Below, piece after piece: positions 1 to 11,655 of a stretch of DNA of 32,000 nt; position 1 is the first letter of the stretch, and the number at the start of each line of letters is the position of its first letter. Origin of the DNA: Candidatus Electrothrix sp. GW3-4 (GTDB taxonomy: Bacteria; Desulfobacterota; Desulfobulbia; Desulfobulbales; Desulfobulbaceae); assembly GCF_037902255.1 (NCBI RefSeq), contig NZ_CP147990.1, positions 900,001 through 932,000 of the forward strand, in the 5' to 3' direction. The notes beneath the pieces are model-generated. The model was given only the letters and a program-made list of their open reading frames with translations, had not been told where the DNA came from and made no database searches. Made by a program: the position numbers and the translations under genes.

Positions 1-1224
1 GTGCAGCGGGCTGAAGAATTGCGGCAGGCTGTGGAACGCCCGCCCGTGGCCGTACCGGAATATAAATGCCGCACCTGCTCTCTGGCTCCGGTCTGTCTGC
101 CAGAGGAGGAACGCTTTGCCGGAACCGATAAGGACAAGGCCCGGCGTCTCTTTCCGGCAGATGACGAGCGCCGGATCATCCACTTGGTGGAACAAGGTAC
201 CTCCCTGCGCAAGGATGGCGACCAAATCATCGCCTATCTGACCGACGGCACCAAAAAGCCGCTGCCCGGTCTGATGATCTCGGCCCTGGTCCTGCATGGC
301 AATGTCCAGATCTCCACCCAGTGCATCCATTTCTGCGCTGCCCATAACATCGGGGTCCACTGGCTTTCCTACGGCGGCCATTATGTGGGGGCACTGAGTC
401 CCGGTGCAGGTGGGGTACAGCGGCGGGTGCGCCAGTTTCAGGCCCTGCAGGACACGGATCTTCGGAATCGCCTCTGCTGCCGCCTGGTGCAGGCCAAGTT
501 GGAAAATCAGCTGCGTTATCTCCTCCGGGCCACCCGGGATAAGACAAAAGACCTGCGTAATGAGGGGATGGAGGAGGGGCTTGAGCAGCTCCGCGCCTTG
601 ATCAAGCGGGTGGCGCATGCGGCCGAGCAGCTGGCCACGCTGCCATCAGAGGAGGCTGGAGCACAGACTGAGCTGGTCCGGGGGTATGAAGGTCGGGCAG
701 GTGCGATTTATTTCAGTCTGCTGCCGAACATCCTGCGCACCGAGCCGGATGATTTCCTCAGCTTTAGCGGTCGCAACCGCCGTCCTCCTAAAGACCCGTT
801 CAACGCGCTGCTCTCCTTTGGCTATGCCCTGCTCTATCGTGATTGTATGAACAGCTTGCTGGCTGTAGGCCTTGACCCCTGCTTCGGTTTTATGCATACG
901 CCGAGATCGGCGGCCTATCCGCTGGCCTTGGATCTGATGGACCTGTTTCGGCTTATTCTCTGGGATATGCCCCTGATCGGCTCGGTCAACCGGGGACAGT
1001 GGAACAAAGGGGATTTTGAGATCACCGGCAGACAGGTCTGGCTCAATAACGATGGTCGGAGAAAAGCCGTTGCCCTGTACGAGAACCGCAGGCAGGAGAA
1101 GTGGAAGCATCCGGTCCTGAAGTATTCCCTTTCCTATGCCCGTACCCTGGAACTGGAGGCCCGGCTTCTGGAGAAGGAGTGGGGCGCTACCCCTGGACTT
1201 TTTGCCGCATTGAGGGTACGCTGA
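1..1224 (+). CDS. cas1: Cas4-Cas1 fusion protein, 5'-partial (ORF is open to the window edge)
   Basis: The first ~35 aa carry the Cas4 C-terminal cysteine cluster C-x2-C-x5-C (CRTCSLAPVC). The rest reads as Cas1 (RIIHLVEQGTSLRKDGDQI..., GYEGRAGAIYF, NALLSFGYALLY, helical C-domain). The stop overlaps the cas2 start in an ATGA junction at 1222-1226. Confidence 0.9.
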   Translation: MQRAEELRQAVERPPVAVPEYKCRTCSLAPVCLPEEERFAGTDKDKARRLFPADDERRIIHLVEQGTSLRKDGDQIIAYLTDGTKKPLPGLMISALVLHGNVQISTQCIHFCAAHNIGVHWLSYGGHYVGALSPGAGGVQRRVRQFQALQDTDLRNRLCCRLVQAKLENQLRYLLRATRDKTKDLRNEGMEEGLEQLRALIKRVAHAAEQLATLPSEEAGAQTELVRGYEGRAGAIYFSLLPNILRTEPDDFLSFSGRNRRPPKDPFNALLSFGYALLYRDCMNSLLAVGLDPCFGFMHTPRSAAYPLALDLMDLFRLILWDMPLIGSVNRGQWNKGDFEITGRQVWLNNDGRRKAVALYENRRQEKWKHPVLKYSLSYARTLELEARLLEKEWGATPGLFAALRVR

Positions 1225-1517
1225 TGGGCGCGGAAAAAAACTGGTATCTGGTCTGTTACGACATCCGTGAGCAGAAGCGCTGGCGCAGGGTGTTCAAGAA
1301 GCTCAAGGGTCGGGGAGACTGGCTGCAGTATTCCATTTTTCGGCTCCACCTGAGCAAGGCCCAGATGGAGGAACTGCGTTGGCAGATTGAAGGGATTCTT
1401 GCTGAAGAAGATGACCTGATGATCTTCCGGCTTTGCCACGGCTGCGCTCATCGGGTTGTGGACAGTAAAGAAGAGCATGAGTGGAAAAAGGCCCCGCCGT
1501 CCTTTGATATTCTTTGA
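1224..1517 (+). CDS. cas2: CRISPR-associated endoribonuclease Cas2
   Basis: A 97-aa product starts at the in-frame ATG at 1224 inside track ORF 1101..1517. The N-terminus is typical of Cas2 (NWYLVCYDI...RWRRVFKKLKGRGDWLQYSIF). It is translationally coupled to cas1. Confidence 0.9.
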   Translation: MGAEKNWYLVCYDIREQKRWRRVFKKLKGRGDWLQYSIFRLHLSKAQMEELRWQIEGILAEEDDLMIFRLCHGCAHRVVDSKEEHEWKKAPPSFDIL

Positions 1518-1779
1518 GGGGCTGTTCGTCGTATCAGGTACCGCTTTGATGCGATGGGTGTTTTTTGAGGGGTTGTAGGTATCTTGTCGAAACAGCGTGC
1601 GAACGTGCCGTTTTGCTGCGGATGAGATGCTTGATTCTTGTTTTCTTTTGCAAAAAGAATAAACTGCACGAGGGAAAAGTCGACAGTATGGCAATGGATC
1701 AATTCTTTGTAATCCGGTTTCTGTCCGGCTTGATTTGTCCCGCTGTATCTCCCGCTACCAGCGGCCTGGAGCGGGGGCT
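1518..1779 (+). promoter_or_regulatory. cas2-to-array spacer: putative CRISPR leader containing repeat-like fragments and a GC-rich nested hairpin abutting repeat 1
   Basis: This 262-bp non-coding stretch lies between the cas2 stop and repeat 1. It has a T-rich core (1630-1665), repeat-like segments at 1544-1572 and 1599-1637, and nested inverted repeats CCCGCT..CCGCT-ACC-AGCGG..AGCGGG at 1739-1775. Array orientation is inferred, not proven. Confidence 0.5.
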
Positions 1780-5510
<3,731 letters not shown>

Positions 5511-5864
5511 ATGGAAAGAGAGGGAAAGCTGGTGGGGAATTTTTACTCAGTTAAGGAAGGGGAAAGTGGGAAGTGGAAGAGAAGTAAATATATAGTTATC
5601 TGTAACGAAAGATAATTAATATCTTTTGAATACATTTCTTTTGGTGAGGGGGGTAATGTATAGAATATATCCGATTTATTGTTGAAAAATGATGTTTTTT
5701 TACGGCGACGATCTTGCCAGAGAATTTTTTCTTCTCTAAAAAAAAATATTTTTGCCGGGTTATTTTTAAAACATCAATACATTAATATCGTGAGAGGCGA
5801 GGAGCTTGATGAATGCAGCAAAAGAGATACAGGAGCGGCATGGAGGTTGCTAATACATTGTAGG

Positions 5865-5975
5865 TGCTTTTTATCTCTGATGCTATAAAGGCGTTGAGCA
5901 CGTGAATAAGGGTAAATAATGTCTTTGACTCTTTAAGTGTGTATTTTATCTCTGATGCCGTAAGGCGTTGAGCGC
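5865..5975 (+). CRISPR. Degenerate two-repeat mini-array (variant repeat, 38-bp spacer, variant repeat)
   Basis: The first copy (5865-5901) is tgctttttatctctgatgctataaaGGCGTTGAGCAC, with its 3' 12 nt identical to the array repeat. The second copy (5940-5975) is tgtattttatctctgatgccgtaaggcgttgagcGc, 28/36 identical to the consensus. Both share TTTTATCTCTGATGC, which differs from the main repeat's 5' third. They flank GTGAATAAGGGTAAATAATGTCTTTGACTCTTTAAGTG. Confidence 0.6.
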
Positions 5976-6066
5976 CGAACGGATGGATGTGCTGGTTATG
6001 CTCTTGGAATAAAAAGGGATTTCTCTTGTTAGATCCCAGGTTTTCAGCGTGGCCAGAAAAAGAAGG

Positions 6067-6094
6067 AAAATCAGGGGAGTTATCTCCCCTGATT
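6067..6094. terminator. Bidirectional-looking intrinsic terminator hairpin
   Basis: A perfect 11-bp stem AAATCAGGGGA / TCCCCTGATTT encloses a 6-nt loop. A T-rich tract follows on the minus strand (downstream of the hpt stop at 6127), and TTT is part of the stem end on the plus strand. Confidence 0.6.
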
Positions 6095-6126
6095 TTGCAT
6101 ATGGGATCAACCAGGCAGCGCGTATT

Positions 6127-6651
6127 CTACTCCTCTTCCAAGGAACAAATTTGTGGTAAATTTCGATAGGATTGCGCACAATCCAAGCCATAGCCAACAA
6201 GAAATCCTTGTTCTATCTGAAAGCCAACGTAGTCTATCTCTATATCAACGGCTCGTCGTTCGTTCTTGTCAATCAATGTGCAGGTTTTTACCGAATGTGC
6301 TTTCTGTCGGGTAGTGAAATACTCTTGCAGCCAGACCATGGTCGTGCCACTGTCCACGATGTCTTCGACGAGCAGAACATCCTTGCCTTCCAAATCAAGT
6401 TCCGGCTCTTTGGTCAGGGAGATTGAGCCGCTGCTTTCTCTGGTCTGCCCGTAGCTTGCCACCCGGATAAAGTCGATTTCAACTGGCAGGTCGATGGCCC
6501 GGACGAGATCAGCAAGAAAAATAAAGGCCCCATTCAGGACGCCAATCATGACGGGCTTTGTCCCTGCATAATCCTTTGTCAGTTGCTGTCCCAGGCTCTT
6601 GACCCGTTCTTTGATCTCCTGCCGCTGAAGAAGCGTTTCTTTTATTTTCAC
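6127..6651 (-). CDS. hpt: Hypoxanthine phosphoribosyltransferase
   Basis: The PRPP-binding motif VLLVEDIVDSGTT is present, and family-typical sequence runs throughout (VMIGVLNGAFIFLADL, FLVGYGLDCAQSYRNLP). I place the start at GTG 6651, preceded by AAGGTGG, giving 174 aa. The track ATG at 6696 has no Shine-Dalgarno (SD) sequence and would add 15 aa. Confidence 0.85.
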   Translation of the reverse strand: MKIKETLLQRQEIKERVKSLGQQLTKDYAGTKPVMIGVLNGAFIFLADLVRAIDLPVEIDFIRVASYGQTRESSGSISLTKEPELDLEGKDVLLVEDIVDSGTTMVWLQEYFTTRQKAHSVKTCTLIDKNERRAVDIEIDYVGFQIEQGFLVGYGLDCAQSYRNLPQICSLEEE

Positions 6652-6970
6652 ATTCCACCTTGATAAAATGAATAAAGATATGGTGATGCCGTACATAATG
6701 CTGGGCTGTACAGGTGCAGAAATTGTTCAAAGATAATCGGCAGAGCAGGCAAAGGCAAGTGATTATCTCATGTTGTTTGGTCTGATATCTGTCGGAAAGA
6801 GTGGTGTTCTGGCCCTGCTCAGATGGATGAAATTGGTGGGCAAGGCAGGGGAAAAGGGGTATCCTGGTGAAAAATTTGCAGAGATGAAGGCCCAGGGGCT
6901 GATGCTCGCCGGGATAGAGGGTATCGCAGGAAATGCTGGTAACAGAGCCAGCTGTATATAATATATTGGG

Positions 6971-8311
6971 ATGTTAGGGGAACCGATTGCTGTGAGAAAT
7001 GTGAAGAATCGAAAAGTCGCTGTGACCACTTTGGGGTGCAAGGTCAATCAATTTGAGTCAGCCTCCTTTCTCTCCGGGTTCCGGGAGCAGGGATGTGAGT
7101 TGGTCTCTGCCTTTGAAGAGGCAGATATCTTGGTTGTCAATACCTGTGCCGTAACAGCCAGGGCAGGCCAGCAATCCCGCCAGCTGATCCGCAGGCTCCG
7201 GCGAAGCAATCCAGCAGCCCGTTTGGTGGTTACGGGTTGCTATGCCCAGCTTACCGGAGATGAACTGCCGGAATTGCTTGCAGACAGCGCCTTGGTTGTG
7301 ATCGGTAATGCAGATAAACATCTTTTGGTCAGCACGGCCCTGGCAGAGGAAGGGGGCGTTCCTCCTGTTAAAGATGTCGGGGTTGCTCAGGAGATCTGTC
7401 CCTTGCCGGTGCGACGCTTCAGCGGCAGAACCAGGGCCTACCTGCGTATCCAGGACGGTTGTAATAATTTCTGTTCCTACTGTATTGTCCCCTATACAAG
7501 AGGCCGATGCCGGAGCCTTCCGCTGGCCGATGTCCTTGCCCAGGTGGAGGCCTTTGTTGAGGAGGGATATCAGGAGCTGGTCATCACCGGTATTAATGTG
7601 GGAAAATATGGTTTGGACTTGGCCGAAGGTGAGGATATCTATTCGTTGCTGGAAATCCTCTGCCATCGCTTTCCGACAATACGGATTCGTCTCAGTTCTG
7701 TGGAGCCTGCCGAGGTAAATGACCGTTTGCTCAGCCTTATGGCAGAATTTGCCAATTTTATGCCGCATCTCCATATCCCCCTTCAAAGTGGGGAGAATGG
7801 AGTGTTAGCACGAATGCACCGTAAGTACACAACAGAGACCTTTGCTGAGGTGGTTGAGCAGGTCCGTACGGTCTTGCCCCATGCAGCAATCGGTTGCGAT
7901 ATCTTGGCCGGTTTTCCAGGTGAGAATGAGGAGGCGGCGGAGAAAAGTATTTCTTTTCTTGCTGAATTGCCCATAACCTATCTCCATATTTTTCCCTATT
8001 CACTGCGTCCTGGTACTGAAGCAGCAAAATATGCTGACCAGGTGCCTGGCCCGGTCAAGGATGCGCGGGTAGCTCGTTTGCGAGGGCTTGATGCCCAAAA
8101 AAGACGGGCCTTTTATCAGCAGCATTGCGGGATGGAGCAGAGGGTCTTATTTGAGGGGCTTGATGAACAGACCGGGCTGCTGAAAGGATTTTCTGAGAAC
8201 TATATCCCGGTTCGCTGCCAGGGGCGGGCTCATGTGGTGGGGAGCGTTATGTCCGTTCGGCTTATCGAGGTTCGGGATAAGGTGGTTTTCGGAGAACGTA
8301 TCAATCCTTGA
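6971..8311 (+). CDS. mtaB: MiaB/MtaB-family radical-SAM tRNA methylthiotransferase
   Basis: The N-terminal UPF0004 domain (VAVTTLGCKVNQFES), radical-SAM cluster CNNFCSYCIVP and a C-terminal TRAM-like region are all present. The exact start is uncertain: ATG 6971 or GTG 7001. Confidence 0.8.
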   Translation: MLGEPIAVRNVKNRKVAVTTLGCKVNQFESASFLSGFREQGCELVSAFEEADILVVNTCAVTARAGQQSRQLIRRLRRSNPAARLVVTGCYAQLTGDELPELLADSALVVIGNADKHLLVSTALAEEGGVPPVKDVGVAQEICPLPVRRFSGRTRAYLRIQDGCNNFCSYCIVPYTRGRCRSLPLADVLAQVEAFVEEGYQELVITGINVGKYGLDLAEGEDIYSLLEILCHRFPTIRIRLSSVEPAEVNDRLLSLMAEFANFMPHLHIPLQSGENGVLARMHRKYTTETFAEVVEQVRTVLPHAAIGCDILAGFPGENEEAAEKSISFLAELPITYLHIFPYSLRPGTEAAKYADQVPGPVKDARVARLRGLDAQKRRAFYQQHCGMEQRVLFEGLDEQTGLLKGFSENYIPVRCQGRAHVVGSVMSVRLIEVRDKVVFGERINP

Positions 8312-11003
8312 TAGTTCCTTTCCCCGCCCTGTTTTTTATACGGTGCTCTTCAGCTGTTTGCTCCTCCTCTTCCTCATCCTGTCTGGTCTCGAGAATCTGC
8401 GCCTCTCCCTTTTCTCCATTTATCCATAAAAGGTCACCCGTATGGATGCGCTGGGTGCATTCGGCAACATCAACGAGACAGGGGAGGGCATATTCACGAG
8501 CAGCTATACCCGCGTGAGAGAGATAGCTGCCGACTTCCACAATGGCACCACCCGCTGTGAGGAAGAGCGGGGTCCAGCTCGGATCTGTGTAGGGCGCTAC
8601 CAGGATTTCTCCAGGCTGCAGTTTTGAGCACTCTGTTGGCTTCATAATGATCCGGGCCCGTCCGGTGTAATTGCCCGGCGAAGCGATTTGGCCTGAAAGA
8701 GGCTCTTGAGGGGGCTCTGAAGACATGGGCTGGTTTGGTGTGTTATTATCCAGGTCAATACCAAGAGTCGTGGCAGGGGTTTTTCTTGTCGCCCTGATGA
8801 GGTCATGGCGTCGCTGATGGATGCGTTCCTCCACATCTGACCAGTCCAGAAGACCTTGCTGCAGGTGCGCGATCTCTTGGAGTTGCAGAAAGAAGATATC
8901 CCCTTTGCATTTCAGCTTCCCTTGTCCCAGAAATTCTTTTTCAAGACAGAGCAGTTTTTTTCGTGCCACGGACATCGCCATCAGATGACAGGAACGGGCG
9001 CCCTCGTCAAGCTGCAGAAGCCTCCTGGCCGTCTGAGAAAGGAAGGTAAGGAGATACCAGCGCAGAGGGAGGAGGCGTTCCAGGGGGAAGTATTCCAGCT
9101 GTTTTTTGATCATGTTGGTCAGCTGATCGCGTTGCTCAGCTGAAAGCCCTTGGGGTTGTCTGTTGTCAGCAGGGGTAAGGAGCCGATCGCGGATTAACTT
9201 TATCACATGATTTGCATTTTCTTCCCATCTGGCGGATTGGAGTTCCAGCTCTTTTGTCGGTCTGTAGCCATATTGTGCAATGAAGTCTTCAAAGAGTTGG
9301 AGAAAGGGGCGGGCATTTAGGTCTTTTTTCAGGGCATCCAGTACCTGGTCAGACGGGCGATTCAGGAATTGATCCCGGATTGAGGGGAATTGCTCCGCCT
9401 TGAAGGTGAGCTGTTCAAGAGCAATTCCTATTGCCTCAGGATAGGGTCCGCTGTTGTGAACACGGAGTAGGGAGAGCGCTTCAGGGCGCAGTTCGGACAA
9501 CCAGCGCTCAATCAAGATGCTGAGCGGCATAAAAGGAAGCAGGTGGCGAACTGAGGCAAGAGTGTTCCAAAGAGGAAGCCTGCCAATGGGAGCAAAGATC
9601 TTGGGCAAGAGACTGACGTGCAAGAGCTTGTTTAGAAGGACATTGCTTTGATTTTGTTCGATTTTCCGGTAGAGTCTCTTGTAATTTTTTGAGAGTTTTT
9701 CCGGCATATTGCGGGACCGGGACCAAAGAACACCGGACAGGAAATAGCCACTAAGCCAGAAAAGAAGAGAAGAGGGGAGCTGGCGCAAGGAGAGCTTGAG
9801 GTGAGGCAGGGGGGCTTCTGATGCCTGGGGTGATAACAGGTCTACCAGCTCATGATCTGAGAGTTTAAAGGGGAAAAGGGGGCGGATATATTTGAGATCA
9901 AGGTAACAATGGCCGTGGATAGGGCGCAGTAACGGAGATGCTGCCAGGGAAATCAGCTCGGCTGTCAAGGGGGTGAAGGGTTCTGATGGGCCATTTATTG
10001 TTGGTTTGAACAGGACATATTGCCCCTTGGGTTCCAGGGGCCTGCTTCTCCTCCCCACTGGCGATATGGGCCGGGATTGGAGGATATAGAAATGTCCGTT
10101 GGAGAAGGCCCATTCCACATTTTGGGGCGAACCAAAATGTTTCTCGGCCTTGAGTGCCCAGGTCGCAACGACCTTGAGAAGTTCCGGGGCAAGGGTTTGT
10201 TGTTGTTGCAGTCCAGGTGGAACCTCGGTAAGACGAGAGGATGTCTCTGATCTGAGCTTGCCAGGGACCATAACGCTCTTTTCCGCAATGCGCTGGTCAA
10301 GCACTTGTAAGGTATCGTGGTCCAGGGTATAACGATCCGGGGTAACTCGTCCGTCGACAATGGCTGCCCCCATCCCCCAGGAGGCCTCAATCACGATTTC
10401 ATCTGCACCGGTGACCGGATTGGCAGTAAAGGTAATGCCAGAGATCTCGGAACAGACCATTTCCTGGATCACGACCGCCATTGCGGCTGGATGCTCAATG
10501 CCACAGGCATTTCGATAACTGACCGCTTCTTTGCTCCAAAGAGAGGCCCAACAATATTGAACCATGCGCAGCAGATTGGCACGTTCAACATAATAATAGG
10601 TTGCGTGCTGGCCAGCAAAGTTGGCTTCTGAAAGATCCTCTGTTGTTGCAGAGCTTCGCACGGCACAGAGCGTTTCGTCATCCCTGTTGCCTACCAGTTG
10701 ATGATGGGCCGCAAGAATGCTCTCTGCCAGTTCTCCTGGAAAACTCGCATTGGTGATGGTGTTACGAATAAGACCGCAGGCACGTGCTAGTTCGTTTTTT
10801 CCTGTTTTTTTGAGAGATTGTAAGGCTTTTTGCAGACGGAGTGAGGTGAAAAAAATGCTGTATGCCTCTGCTGAGACCACAAACCCTGAAGGGACCGGAA
10901 ATCCTTTTCCTGCAAGTTCGCCCAGATTTGCTCCCTTTCCACCAGCCCTCTTGATTTCATGCCTGTGGATAGCGGAAAGTGTACTGATGTATCTGTTGGT
11001 CAT
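8301..11003 (-). CDS. PEP-utilizing-enzyme family phosphotransferase (N-terminal PPDK_N ATP-grasp, long unassigned middle, C-terminal phosphohistidine swivel domain)
   Basis: The N-terminus GGKGANLGEL...FPVPSGFVV...AVRSSATTEDL is pyruvate-phosphate-dikinase-N-like. The C-terminus GEILVAPYTDPSWTPLFLTAGGAIVEVGSYLSHAGIAAREYALPCLV is the mobile His domain. I saw no TIM-barrel PEP/pyruvate domain. The 3' end overlaps the convergent mtaB by 11 bp. Confidence 0.75.
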   Translation of the reverse strand: MTNRYISTLSAIHRHEIKRAGGKGANLGELAGKGFPVPSGFVVSAEAYSIFFTSLRLQKALQSLKKTGKNELARACGLIRNTITNASFPGELAESILAAHHQLVGNRDDETLCAVRSSATTEDLSEANFAGQHATYYYVERANLLRMVQYCWASLWSKEAVSYRNACGIEHPAAMAVVIQEMVCSEISGITFTANPVTGADEIVIEASWGMGAAIVDGRVTPDRYTLDHDTLQVLDQRIAEKSVMVPGKLRSETSSRLTEVPPGLQQQQTLAPELLKVVATWALKAEKHFGSPQNVEWAFSNGHFYILQSRPISPVGRRSRPLEPKGQYVLFKPTINGPSEPFTPLTAELISLAASPLLRPIHGHCYLDLKYIRPLFPFKLSDHELVDLLSPQASEAPLPHLKLSLRQLPSSLLFWLSGYFLSGVLWSRSRNMPEKLSKNYKRLYRKIEQNQSNVLLNKLLHVSLLPKIFAPIGRLPLWNTLASVRHLLPFMPLSILIERWLSELRPEALSLLRVHNSGPYPEAIGIALEQLTFKAEQFPSIRDQFLNRPSDQVLDALKKDLNARPFLQLFEDFIAQYGYRPTKELELQSARWEENANHVIKLIRDRLLTPADNRQPQGLSAEQRDQLTNMIKKQLEYFPLERLLPLRWYLLTFLSQTARRLLQLDEGARSCHLMAMSVARKKLLCLEKEFLGQGKLKCKGDIFFLQLQEIAHLQQGLLDWSDVEERIHQRRHDLIRATRKTPATTLGIDLDNNTPNQPMSSEPPQEPLSGQIASPGNYTGRARIIMKPTECSKLQPGEILVAPYTDPSWTPLFLTAGGAIVEVGSYLSHAGIAAREYALPCLVDVAECTQRIHTGDLLWINGEKGEAQILETRQDEEEEEQTAEEHRIKNRAGKGTIKD

Positions 11004-11114
11004 TGTAAAAATATTATGTGTCGGTGGACAGATACTGCGGAGAGAAATGGTTTTTCACTCCGTTGTTCCTCTCAGCGACCGGCTCTGTTCGACCGACAAT
11101 ACCAAACAAAATAA

Positions 11115-11366
11115 CTTCCATCCCGGCCCAGCGGACCGGGACAACAAAACATGAAAGGTGGGAGGCCTGGTCGGCTTCGCCGACCACTTTCATATAAATT
11201 TTCATCCCAGCGGGCTGGGACAACAAAAGATGATAATTGGTCGAGCGACTTGAATGCCTTTCCCATCATTTTCATATAATACCCATCCCGTTTCTTGGGG
11301 CGGGCTTACAAAGCACGAAAGGTGATCGCGCGACTCCAAGGAGTCGTCGGTACTTTCATATAAAAG
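11115..11366. repeat. Three tandem ~82-84-bp units, each with two hairpins (possible structured RNA or regulatory modules)
   Basis: The units begin with CATCCC at 11119, 11203 and 11284, and each ends with TTTCATATAA (CATATAA at 11191, 11273 and 11357). Shared blocks are CATCCC, hairpin, GGGAC(A)ACAAA, (C/G)A(T/C)GA(A/T)A, hairpin, TTTCATATAA. Confidence 0.6.
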
Positions 11367-11655
11367 GTAAAATAGAGCAAGACAGAAAATGCTCTATAGA
11401 ATGTGTTGTACATAATAAAGATGTGGTTACATATGTGGCGCCGTGTTCTTCATTAATGTCAAAAATCCTCAATATAAGATATCGTAGGGCATTCTTCGTT
11501 ATTTCGCAATCTTTTTCATGGCACCCTCTGTAAAAGGTTGGGATTTGACAGGAGAGGAAAATGTTGATATGTTTTCCGTTTGATTTTTCTGATAAAATAA
11601 AGAGCCCTAATGGCCAAATTGGTCTCAAAGGCAGCCTGCCGAAGAAGAGGATCTT

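Noticed and set aside
5679-5888. A 69-aa plus-strand ORF in the AT-rich spacer between the array and the mini-array.
   Set aside because: It has a TTG start and AT-driven low-complexity sequence, and it runs into the first degenerate repeat. There is no support for it as a protein gene.
6652-6770. A possible purine riboswitch upstream of hpt.
   Set aside because: Read on the minus strand, the region lacks the conserved purine-riboswitch core (the U-rich junction with paired P2/P3 loops, UAUNNNG...CUAC). Only a GATAATC/GATTATC inverted repeat is present.
7058-7786. A 242-aa minus-strand ORF.
   Set aside because: It lies antisense within mtaB and is a shadow ORF.
11519-11535. TGGCAC upstream of pqiB, considered as the -24 element of a sigma-54 promoter.
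   Set aside because: The required TTGC(A/T) -12 element is absent at the fixed spacing; the sequence reads TGGCACCCTCTGTAAAA.
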